From assembly GCA_964408485.1 (NCBI GenBank), contig CAYOZJ010000002.1:5235-69234 (forward strand): a DNA stretch of 64,000 nt. Direction: 5' to 3'. The DNA is from an uncultured Gammaproteobacteria bacterium. GTDB taxonomy: Bacteria > Patescibacteriota > Microgenomatia > Levybacterales > UBA12049. Below the pieces are notes generated by a model. That model had not been told where the DNA came from and did no database searches. It saw only the letters and a program-made list of their open reading frames with translations. This document shows, one piece after another, positions 38,356 to 46,913 of the stretch. A program made the translations under genes and the position numbers. Positions within the stretch are counted from its first letter, which is position 1, and every line of letters begins with the position of its first letter.

Positions 38356-38396
38356 ATATCTATCGTCCCACATGCTATCTTTGATTGTCAAGAAAA

Positions 38397-39764
38397 TTAT
38401 TGCTCGAATCGTATCCCTCTGCCTTTAACAGTGAGAATATGGATAGGTTTTGTGGGATCCTCTTCAATTTTCTTTCGAAGACGTAAGATGAGTTGGTCAA
38501 GTGCTTGCTCACTTACTCCAGATTGTGTTTTTGTGTCTGACCAAACAGTAGTAATAATTGTTTCTCGGTCAACAATGGTTCCTTGTTGTTTGAGAAGAAG
38601 TCGAAGTAAGCGAAACTCAGAAAACGTAAGCGTATCGGAGATAGGTTGTTCATCCTGATTGATTGTATTTGTTGATTCATCAAGCACAATTTTTGTAGAT
38701 ATATGTTTTGTGCTTTCTGTTTTTACATATTGTGCAAAAAGAGGAATGGTAATTTTTTGATTGTGAATAAGTCCAACGCTTTGAAGGAATTCGCTGGGGA
38801 GAGGGCAGTTGCCATTCTTGCAAAGCATGAGCATATCTTGTCTCTCATCTGGCGTTAGGAAGAGCCACAATTCCTTCAGTACTCCTTGGATGCCCTTTGT
38901 TCTGAGAAGAGATTTTTCAGTAGCACCGGCAAGAAGCGCTTCAAGCCCAAGCTTAGTGAGTTTGCCATGCCAGCCGGTAAGTGCAAGAAGCTTTTCAATG
39001 TATGACTCTGGTAATTTTTTCCCTGCAAGTTTTTCTAAGTAACGTAGGCGAAAGTCAAACCCAATGCGATCTTCAAGCTGTAGATAGATTGTGTTGTCCA
39101 CAACAAATTCATAAAAATCAGAAAAGATTTCTGGTTCAAGCATATCCTCCAGAGGACGTGTCGATGAGAAGACAATGGAAAAGGCATATTTTGCTCTGCT
39201 GCGAATGCTTCGCAAATTGTTAAAAAATTCTTCACTTGCCTGAGGGACAAAGGTTTCAAACCGGTCAAATAAAAAAATAATATGTAATTTTTTCTCAAGA
39301 GTTAGGTAATCAAATGCATCTTTAAGCTTCTGAAACAAAACCAACTCATCGTTATACGAAAGTGCTTCCTTAAAAAGCTTGTCTACCATTAAAAACTCTT
39401 CTTCTTTGCGTCTCTCATGCAGGCTAGATGCAAGCTCAAGAAAGAAGAATTTCATTATGTCAAAAAGAGACCTGTTTTTGATTTCTGAGAAATGAATTAA
39501 AACAAAATGATAGACCTCCTGCTTTGCCTCTCCTACATGGTGAATTCGTATATTTCTGTTATACGTTAATAAATTCAAGACAAAATTTCTTCCGGCTCCA
39601 GGCAGCGAGATAAGCTGAAGAGATTTACCAGCGTTAATTGCAGAAAAGATTTCTCCGATTTCTTTCTCGCGGGTAGTTGCCGGATAAAGAGATTCTAAGC
39701 GCTCCGCTTCATAATTGACTATTGAAGAGTGATTATTGACAATTGACCTGGATTTATTTTTCAT
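38397..39764 (-). CDS. transcriptional regulator, C-terminal OmpR/PhoB-type wHTH with N-terminal degenerate P-loop-like domain. Sits immediately upstream of the pilin genes on the same strand.
   Basis: 455 aa. The C-terminus (FSEFRLLRLLLKQQGTIVDRETIITTVWSD...ALDQLILRLRKKI...ILTVKGRGIRF) is a trans_reg_C wHTH. The N-terminal SLQLISLPGAGRNFVLNLL is paralogous to 12763..14064. Confidence 0.5.
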   Translation of the reverse strand: MKNKSRSIVNNHSSIVNYEAERLESLYPATTREKEIGEIFSAINAGKSLQLISLPGAGRNFVLNLLTYNRNIRIHHVGEAKQEVYHFVLIHFSEIKNRSLFDIMKFFFLELASSLHERRKEEEFLMVDKLFKEALSYNDELVLFQKLKDAFDYLTLEKKLHIIFLFDRFETFVPQASEEFFNNLRSIRSRAKYAFSIVFSSTRPLEDMLEPEIFSDFYEFVVDNTIYLQLEDRIGFDFRLRYLEKLAGKKLPESYIEKLLALTGWHGKLTKLGLEALLAGATEKSLLRTKGIQGVLKELWLFLTPDERQDMLMLCKNGNCPLPSEFLQSVGLIHNQKITIPLFAQYVKTESTKHISTKIVLDESTNTINQDEQPISDTLTFSEFRLLRLLLKQQGTIVDRETIITTVWSDTKTQSGVSEQALDQLILRLRKKIEEDPTKPIHILTVKGRGIRFEQ

Positions 39765-40116
39765 AGCTATTGCCCTTCGCTGTTTTAATAGAACTCACGA
39801 ATATCTTTACGATTTGAATTCCTTCATCAATCAAAATATCAAACTTTTTCCTCAATGACGGATTTATCTCAGCAAGCAGATCAAGCCAATAGACAGTTTC
39901 ATGTGCTTCCTTGCGACAAATATTTATTATATGTGTGAAGTCTAACTTTGTGTCTGCAAATATGGCCTCAGCATAGTTAGCTCCTATTGACGATACCGAT
40001 CTTATGAGCTGTTTTGCGAAAACAATGTTTTCCTGAGTTTTTGGAAGACTTCTTAATAAGAAAATAGTTTCTAGAACAAATTTTTTAATTCTTCCAGACA
40101 GCTCCTTACTTGTCAT
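39754..40116 (-). CDS. four-helix-bundle protein (23S rRNA intervening-sequence protein family)
   Basis: 120 aa. SIGANYAEA resembles the hallmark motif of the family (…SVGANIAEG…). Confidence 0.5.
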   Translation of the reverse strand: MTSKELSGRIKKFVLETIFLLRSLPKTQENIVFAKQLIRSVSSIGANYAEAIFADTKLDFTHIINICRKEAHETVYWLDLLAEINPSLRKKFDILIDEGIQIVKIFVSSIKTAKGNSYEK

Positions 40117-40147
40117 AGTTACTTAATCATAATTTTTAACCTTTAAT

Positions 40148-40201
40148 TAGTCAATTTATCCTATGGTCAATAATCAATTGTAAATAATAAATAGTCAATT
40201 T
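40148..40201. repeat. direct repeats TAGTCAATTT x2 (40148..40157, 40192..40201) in the divergent promoter region
   Basis: Two exact 10-mers 44 bp apart, with a related GTCAATAATCAATT between them. Candidate operator sites. Confidence 0.35.
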
Positions 40202-40262
40202 CGTAATGGTTTTGTGAGGTAAATATCAAGGAAAAATCTTGAGTTAATTCTACAATACGCTC

Positions 40263-43200
40263 ATGAGTAATGCAGAATTGACACCAACTGGAGGAAGCAG
40301 GTACGATGGATATATGAGTGCAGGTACATCAACAGCCACAGCAGAAAGACCATCATCCTACCAAAGCGATGTAGCCCCAGCGCCGGTAAGTGAAGCAACA
40401 GCATCGCTTAAGGCAAATGCAGACACTGGGAGAGAAACTGGTGTGGAGCCTATTTCTGCTAAAACAGATGCGCTGCCGGAATTGACAGAAAGAGTAAACA
40501 AAGAGGGAAGAAGAAATCTTACCAGTAATGAGCTAATAAAAGTTGCAAATACTGTCCAAGGAAAGGCTTCGGCAGGAGATGTGATGGCTGATGCCGATTT
40601 TGTGTCGAATGCAGCAAAAATTCTTATTTATAATATTGAGTCTGATGTTGCAAATCACAATACAAATCAAGTCATGCTTGCAGAGTTTAAAGCCAACAAG
40701 ATTCCTGAGGCAGCAAAAGAGCTTGCAGAGGCAATAACAGTAATTAAAGCAAACGGTCAGCTAACGGAAAATGAAGATACAGGTGACAGATGGGAGAGAA
40801 TTAAACAGCAAGCGGGCCGTATTGCTGATTTGGCAAAGACGATCTCTTCGTATTATGAAAGAGCAAAACTTTCCAGAGAATATGACGATCCATTTAGGCA
40901 GGTTGTCTCATTTGAAGAATTGATGACCAGATTTAATATTACGCTTGATGATGATCGCTTTAAGTCGGGTGGGGACTTTTCTCTTATCGACATTAATGAA
41001 TATGAAGATCAATTTGGACGGCAAATGTCCGATGAAACAGCACATCCAGAAAATTTCTACCGCTGGGTTATGGAGCGGGCAGAGTTTTACCATGACTTTG
41101 ATCCCATGGCGCCGGTTGATCTTTTTCAAGGAATGTACATCGTAGCAGGCTCAAGAAAAATTCCTATGTATGAAATGTTAGTTGATTTTAATTCATACTT
41201 TGCTCACCGGGTAAAAACAAAAGGAGAGTTAAAGGTTTTGGAATCAGATTTGGATCGTGCAGAAAAAGCAGGAACATATGAGTCAATGGCAGTAATAGAA
41301 GGGGGGAGAGAGGTCTTAAAAACGGATCCTTATGATCAGAAAGCGCTTGGTCGTTACAAAAATGTTGAGATTATTGATGAGGAAACGGGTGAGAAGAAGA
41401 CTGTAGATGTATATGTTAGTCCAGTTCCTGAAGAAGATCAGGAAAGGCATGTACGAGTTTTGCCAGTGTATTACTACAACGATAAAGGTAAGCTTATGCC
41501 AGTGCGAGAATGGTTGCAAAGTAAAGAACAGTGGGACACAATTCCGCCAAAAGATCCAAGAGCAAAAGAATTTGAAAATGCGCAGGAAGAAATTATGTAT
41601 CAGCTATGGCTTCAGACAAAAAGTCATAATGCAGACGTGAATTATCGACAAAAGGGTATGCCAAGTGAGACTCCATTAAAAGACGTTATGGCAGAAATTT
41701 ACAGTGATAATATTTGGACACGTACGCATCGAAGAATTGCTGGCATTTTAGACATGCCTGCCTCAACGTATAGAGGTGACGTAGATGAAAATGGCAAGCC
41801 CATTAACGAAGCTGCAATGAAGTGGAAAGGCAAAGATATAGGACAAGGAACTTTGGGAAAAGCATTCCAGAGGTCTTTAGCTGCGTATTATCATATTGCA
41901 GAAGCAAATGCAGAGTATAACAAATACAATACTGAAGGATTTAATCCCTTTTTTAACATATTAGAAAGACGGGCAAATGAGGGAAAAGGAGAACTTGAAG
42001 TAAATGGAGGAGAGATTTTTTACAAAGCACTTATTGGGAGACTTCTTACAAATAAAGATGATACTCAATTCGATGAAGGGAACTTAAGCTATAGATTCGA
42101 TAAAAAACATCCAGAAAGTAGTTTTGTAGAGGCTGAATTTTTGGCAGAAATTAATAATATTCGCGTCCCAATAAAAGACGGTACAACGCGAGCGAGATTT
42201 GCTTGGGAAAAAGCAGAATTGGCAGATTTGCTTATGCATAATCGCGCAGATTTTTTGACCACCTCAAACGAGGGAAGAAGTAGGTCTATAACGTCAGGAG
42301 CTCTCGCAGAAGTGGAAAGAATAATACGTGAAAGATACGCAGAAAAAAGAGATGAAAACGGAAATGTTATTCAGGTAGCAAATAGAGAAAGGTTGCAACA
42401 ATTACAAATATTTCTTGACTCATTTAATAAGTCAAATAATTCAGATCAAAGAAGAGGAGATTTTCTTGATATGGTGAAAAAAAGGGTTAGACCAGGTAGT
42501 AGTGAGAGTGATGTTGATGCGTATAATAGGACAGAAAAAGCTTTCAGGGACGATGCTTCGCTAAAAAACCTTTCAGGTTTTGCTGTTGCCATGTTTGTTA
42601 GGTCATTTGATGGAAATAAGGATTTTACTGCCGGTATTAATCCGTATGAGAATATTCGCTATTCCTTAGATGCAAGAGAATTAATGCGAGGCGCAATGCG
42701 CGATACAATTTCCTACACAGAAAAGTTAGACGATCATGATGCATTGTGGGCAGAGGAATGGGCATATACCTTCACATTCCATACTGGCATTTCAGCAAGA
42801 AATGATATGCAGGGAATTGGGCATGATGCATGGTCGAAAGTAATCAATACAGAATTTTACCGTTTGCGTCAGTCTGGCGGTGGTAATTATTTGGGGAATA
42901 AAGATAATTTATATGGTATTCATCGGCTTGGGACTGACTTTTGGCAAGGATTAAAGGTGCGAGAGAAAGGATCAAATGAATACGGGAAAAATTTGTATGA
43001 AATTCTTGTTGGTTTAGAAAATGTAACGGATTCAAAAGGGAACGTAATAGGTCATAGAATGAATCTAAATAAAGATGTGAAAAAATTTGAATTTGCAGGA
43101 AATGCAATGCGCCAATTCTATGCGGATCATGTAAGTCATGCTGTTGATATGTTTATTGATATTACTCAAAAGCAGGAATTTAACCTGGATAAATTACTGC

Positions 43201-43838
43201 ATAGAGATCAATTGGGACGAATGACATGGAATAATGAAGAAATGCAGAAAATGATTGATTCAACATGGAAACATATGCGATATGGTTTTGATAATAATGG
43301 ATTTTTGTATGACAATACTGTCTACGGGTGGCTGTATGACGAGACTATTAATGCTCATGGTCAAGTATCACGAAAGCCTCACTTTGGCTTTATGACACTT
43401 CGGGAGTCTATGTTTAGTAAAAAAGTACGTGAAATGGGAATGTATAACAGGCATGATGTGTCGGGTTGGGCTGCAAATCAATACAAATCAAAAATGGGAC
43501 GTAATGTTTTTGCATACCTTATTGCAGCGCAGCTTCGCGAGCATACACGAATGGCAGGGGGGTATAAACTTTATTCTGCAGAAGATGTTGAACACATTGC
43601 TCATGCATTCATGGAGTATGCCGCTCGTGTGATGCAGGGACAAGATGGTGAGGCGATTGTGCTATCTGGATTCTTTACGCCAGAGGAAATGATGAAGATC
43701 TTGGTAACAGGCCACGCAATTCTCTGGGCGCTCTGGATGCGTGAATATAGAGATGCATTCACAGGAGGATTCTTGTTTGGTTTTTTTGAAGCATTAGGCC
43801 TTGTCATGAAACAAGCAGGGGCAGGAATAAAGTTTTAA
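40263..43838 (+). CDS. very large hypothetical protein (1191 aa), no P-loop, no TM, no signal peptide
   Basis: Long uninterrupted ORF with typical codon usage; no family motif recognised. Embedded in the T4SS-like locus and convergent with the VirB6-like gene. Confidence 0.5.
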   Translation: MSNAELTPTGGSRYDGYMSAGTSTATAERPSSYQSDVAPAPVSEATASLKANADTGRETGVEPISAKTDALPELTERVNKEGRRNLTSNELIKVANTVQGKASAGDVMADADFVSNAAKILIYNIESDVANHNTNQVMLAEFKANKIPEAAKELAEAITVIKANGQLTENEDTGDRWERIKQQAGRIADLAKTISSYYERAKLSREYDDPFRQVVSFEELMTRFNITLDDDRFKSGGDFSLIDINEYEDQFGRQMSDETAHPENFYRWVMERAEFYHDFDPMAPVDLFQGMYIVAGSRKIPMYEMLVDFNSYFAHRVKTKGELKVLESDLDRAEKAGTYESMAVIEGGREVLKTDPYDQKALGRYKNVEIIDEETGEKKTVDVYVSPVPEEDQERHVRVLPVYYYNDKGKLMPVREWLQSKEQWDTIPPKDPRAKEFENAQEEIMYQLWLQTKSHNADVNYRQKGMPSETPLKDVMAEIYSDNIWTRTHRRIAGILDMPASTYRGDVDENGKPINEAAMKWKGKDIGQGTLGKAFQRSLAAYYHIAEANAEYNKYNTEGFNPFFNILERRANEGKGELEVNGGEIFYKALIGRLLTNKDDTQFDEGNLSYRFDKKHPESSFVEAEFLAEINNIRVPIKDGTTRARFAWEKAELADLLMHNRADFLTTSNEGRSRSITSGALAEVERIIRERYAEKRDENGNVIQVANRERLQQLQIFLDSFNKSNNSDQRRGDFLDMVKKRVRPGSSESDVDAYNRTEKAFRDDASLKNLSGFAVAMFVRSFDGNKDFTAGINPYENIRYSLDARELMRGAMRDTISYTEKLDDHDALWAEEWAYTFTFHTGISARNDMQGIGHDAWSKVINTEFYRLRQSGGGNYLGNKDNLYGIHRLGTDFWQGLKVREKGSNEYGKNLYEILVGLENVTDSKGNVIGHRMNLNKDVKKFEFAGNAMRQFYADHVSHAVDMFIDITQKQEFNLDKLLHRDQLGRMTWNNEEMQKMIDSTWKHMRYGFDNNGFLYDNTVYGWLYDETINAHGQVSRKPHFGFMTLRESMFSKKVREMGMYNRHDVSGWAANQYKSKMGRNVFAYLIAAQLREHTRMAGGYKLYSAEDVEHIAHAFMEYAARVMQGQDGEAIVLSGFFTPEEMMKILVTGHAILWALWMREYRDAFTGGFLFGFFEALGLVMKQAGAGIKF

Positions 43839-45647
43839 CTATTTATTAAGACCTGGTTCGTTTTCTCCAGCAAGTTTTCTCATCTTACCAAATGGCGTAG
43901 GGATATTCATAAACCACTTTCGCAATCCTCCTTCACTCAAGCCTCGCACAGTATCTTGATGTCTGGTAAGTCTTTTCCATGGCTGACTGACAATACTACT
44001 GTATGCTTGGGTTCCTTGAGCCAACATTTGTCCAACTCCTGGTAAGTATTTAATATCCGGAGCCTTTAGAGCGTCTTGAAGCATGGTGAGCGCTTGAGGT
44101 AGAAGCAAGATAATGCCAAACCCAATAAGCGGTCCCATAAATTGACTTACCCCATTTGGGACACCAATAAGAGGTGGAACAAAGCCTGTTTTACTTTGCA
44201 GATAGACATCTGAAATAACTCGTCCGAGTAAAATAATACCTATTGCATAGGGAAAAACAAGGCTATACGCAAGCAAGTGACGAAGCCAATTGTCAAAGTT
44301 AATAGAAGTACCGGGTAATACGCCAAGCAAAATAAAGAACGGTCCTAATATCGCATAGAGGAGGAAAAGAACATATGATTTTAAAAGCGAAAAGTACATG
44401 CGAAGAAGCGCGAAAAGAAGCGCAAAAGCAAAAATAAAGAAAGCAACAATACCAGCAATACTGGATATGCCATCAGTAAAGCCGTTTTTAATACATGATA
44501 CTAAGGGTGAATCGGCGGCATTTGTTGCGAGCTGAACAGCTCCAGCAACATGATTGCCAAAAATAAGGTTAGCAACTGCACCGAAATTGCCCAGAATTGG
44601 CTGTGCAACAGCATTTCCTATTGCTTGGGGAACCGAAGCGGGAAGAGCCAAAACCCTTAGCGGAAGAGGAAGGAAGCCGAATGCTCCCTGGCTTCCCAAT
44701 AATTGTTGAGGTGCATTACCAATTGATCCCAAAAAGCAAGGAATAATGCCAGGAAGTGCCATCCAGCCTGCATTTTGCACAAGAGCCTGAGCGAGTCCGA
44801 CATTTATGTCGTAAATTGATGCGGCAGGTTGTACAATCATTCCCAAAATGCCACCTGTATAGACAGTGTCCAGAAATGTAATAGGATTGGTAGAGATATT
44901 TGCTGTCATCAACGCAGGTTGCAGCGCTGGATCAAGTGTTGAAAAAAGATTAATAGTAATAAATGTCGCAAGCCACATAATATCGATAACAAATCCGGCA
45001 ATTGCATAAGAAAATGTTACAAGAATCAATGCGACAATAATCTTTGGAATCTGATTTTCAATTGTCATAACTGTACGTGGATCTATTTTTGCCCGAAGCA
45101 TAATCGCAAATCCCACAACAACAAAAACAATAACAAATAATAAGTATGCAACATTGCGAAATGCAAGCCAAAGCTTCATAACTGGTGCCAACTGATCAAA
45201 TCCTGTGCCTGATGCTGCATTTGCACTTTTTACTGCGCCAAAATTTCCTGCAACATAGCTGACATAATTACCAACATGGAATTGTGGCGGACTGAAAAGA
45301 AGAGCAATGCCAGAGTTGGTGAGACCGAGAAGACCTTGATTTGTTGTTGTAGCGCGAGTTAACTGTCCTGTTTTGGAATTGTACCCAAGACATCCTTGCT
45401 GAGGACTGGTGACATCTCGTCCATCGATTGCACAACTTGCAAAAGAGAGAAATCCCCACATGACGCCTTGTGCTAGATTGCTTACCGTTGGGGCAACAGT
45501 ATTGTCAAAAGAGTTTGTTGCGGTTTGAGTATTAACTGGAATTTCTTGTTGGGCATAAACCTTGGAAGGTAAAAAGGAATAGACACTAGATAGTATAAGA
45601 AGCAAAAGTACGCCAATTGCACTAAAAAACCGGGCAGAAAAATGCAT
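43839..45647 (-). CDS. polytopic membrane protein, VirB6/TrbL-like candidate
   Basis: 602 aa. Signal peptide, a roughly 120-aa extracytoplasmic N-domain, then 7 or more TM helices with Gly/Ala-rich loops. Architecture and locus context fit a VirB6-type channel component; there is no diagnostic motif. Confidence 0.35.
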   Translation of the reverse strand: MHFSARFFSAIGVLLLLILSSVYSFLPSKVYAQQEIPVNTQTATNSFDNTVAPTVSNLAQGVMWGFLSFASCAIDGRDVTSPQQGCLGYNSKTGQLTRATTTNQGLLGLTNSGIALLFSPPQFHVGNYVSYVAGNFGAVKSANAASGTGFDQLAPVMKLWLAFRNVAYLLFVIVFVVVGFAIMLRAKIDPRTVMTIENQIPKIIVALILVTFSYAIAGFVIDIMWLATFITINLFSTLDPALQPALMTANISTNPITFLDTVYTGGILGMIVQPAASIYDINVGLAQALVQNAGWMALPGIIPCFLGSIGNAPQQLLGSQGAFGFLPLPLRVLALPASVPQAIGNAVAQPILGNFGAVANLIFGNHVAGAVQLATNAADSPLVSCIKNGFTDGISSIAGIVAFFIFAFALLFALLRMYFSLLKSYVLFLLYAILGPFFILLGVLPGTSINFDNWLRHLLAYSLVFPYAIGIILLGRVISDVYLQSKTGFVPPLIGVPNGVSQFMGPLIGFGIILLLPQALTMLQDALKAPDIKYLPGVGQMLAQGTQAYSSIVSQPWKRLTRHQDTVRGLSEGGLRKWFMNIPTPFGKMRKLAGENEPGLNK

Positions 45648-45696
45648 ATTTCCAGTGTGGAAGATTTTAAAAGGAAAGTCAAGATTAATGAGATAA

Positions 45697-45721
45697 ATCT
45701 AGCGGAGAGGACGGGATTCGG
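45697..45721 (-). repeat. 25-nt direct repeat duplicating the 3' end of tRNA-Ser(GGA) plus 7 nt of 3' flank
   Basis: AATCTAGCGGAGAGGACGGGATTCG at 45697..45721 is identical to 45805..45829, which overlaps the 3' end of the intact tRNA. The copies are 108 bp apart. The intervening segment contains an inverted copy CGGGATTCG/CGAATCCCG. Confidence 0.5.
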
Positions 45722-45810
45722 TCACAAGTTGTCGCTGCGGCGACCCTCGCGATCCCGCCTCCCTCGCTTTGCTCAGTCCGGCATTCGAATCCCGAGAATT
45801 AATAATCTAG

Positions 45811-45898
45811 CGGAGAGGACGGGATTCGAACCCGTGATGCTCTTGCGAACATACACGCTTTCCAAGCGTGCGCACTAGACCAACTATGCGACCTCTCC
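45811..45898 (-). tRNA. tRNA-Ser (anticodon GGA)
   Basis: Hand-folded. Acceptor GGAGAGG/CCTCTCC+G, anticodon arm CACGC-TTGGAAA-GCGTG, a long variable arm, T-loop TTCGAAT. No encoded CCA. Confidence 0.8.
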
Positions 45899-45908
45899 TT
45901 GTCGAAAA

Positions 45909-46337
45909 CTACATTATCTGTTTTATTTTCTGTTGTGCTTCTTGCCAGACCTTTTTGTCTCCTGTAAATGTTAATCTTTTTTCTACTTCAATTTCTGGTA
46001 GCCATTCAACCTTTTCCATTTCCCATCCATGATCTGCTACATCTCCGGACTCGTATCTCATTAGAAAATATTGAACTCGTTTGTGGCGTTTTTCCCCTTC
46101 GAAACTATACCAAAAGGCAATTGGAGACAGTTTTTCTAAAATCTTACCGGTTATTCCTGTTTCTTCCTGTACCTCTCGAATTGCTGCTTCTTCCGGTGTC
46201 TCGCCCTGAATAGTATCTCCAACATGACCTTTTGGGAAAACCCATCCATGATGTCCCGAATGCTGAGAAACAAGAATGGTCATATTGCCATTTTGTAACC
46301 AAAAAACTATTCCTCCAGCTGAAAATTCTTCTTTCAT
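45909..46337 (-). CDS. NUDIX hydrolase
   Basis: 142 aa. NUDIX box GHVGDTIQGETPEEAAIREVQEETGI. Confidence 0.8.
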   Translation of the reverse strand: MKEEFSAGGIVFWLQNGNMTILVSQHSGHHGWVFPKGHVGDTIQGETPEEAAIREVQEETGITGKILEKLSPIAFWYSFEGEKRHKRVQYFLMRYESGDVADHGWEMEKVEWLPEIEVEKRLTFTGDKKVWQEAQQKIKQIM

Positions 46338-46424
46338 TATCAGTATTCTAAAAGGTAAATATCAAGAAAATAGCCTTAATATATCCTAGAATAGCCTTGC
46401 TATTATACCGTATTTATATTTAGC

Positions 46425-46913
46425 TTGCAGGAAGGAATGAAAATGAATTATAGTAACAATATGGATATGCAAGAAGAAGTGAAGCTAGTGGAGAAAGAAT
46501 TGGTTGAGCTTATTATCGAGCACCTTAAGGTGAATCGTATTGCTGTGGAGACTGCTCGTCAGCAAGCAAAGGATTTTTTAGCACTTTTACCAATCAATGA
46601 TCAGAAAGATTTACTTAGCAAACTAAAAGGACTTTCTGAGAAATATGAAGAAGCAAAAGAAGTGTATGCTGTGGAAATTGGAAAAGTGTATGAAGGAGCA
46701 CGTATACAGGCACTTGGGCAAATGAGAAATTATATTCAAGCGGGCAACATGGATGCAGCAATTGCAGCTGCAAAATCTCTTTACCCGCAAAAACAAGAAG
46801 ATCAACAGCAACCAGGGGAATCATCAGCCCCAGTTGTAAATCAGCAAGATGCTCAGCAAGTTCCAACGCAAGAAATAAGCGTTCAGCAATTAGAACAGAA
46901 AGGAAGTGCTTAA
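46425..46913 (+). CDS. hypothetical coiled-coil protein
   Basis: 162 aa, helical, Gln-rich C-terminus. Overlaps the next ORF by 8 nt. Confidence 0.4.
   Translation: MQEGMKMNYSNNMDMQEEVKLVEKELVELIIEHLKVNRIAVETARQQAKDFLALLPINDQKDLLSKLKGLSEKYEEAKEVYAVEIGKVYEGARIQALGQMRNYIQAGNMDAAIAAAKSLYPQKQEDQQQPGESSAPVVNQQDAQQVPTQEISVQQLEQKGSA

Noticed and set aside
45642-45878. 78-aa plus-strand ORF spanning the tRNA-Ser region.
   Set aside because: It overlaps a hand-foldable tRNA gene and its duplicated 3' end. Its translation is Arg/Ser-rich junk.
28260-45898. Interpretation of the T4SS-like block as an integrative conjugative element.
   Set aside because: No relaxase, VirD4, integrase or recombinase is visible. 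The tRNA 3'-end duplication is only 108 bp from the intact tRNA and does not bracket the block. I treat it as a chromosomal locus with a possible old integration scar.
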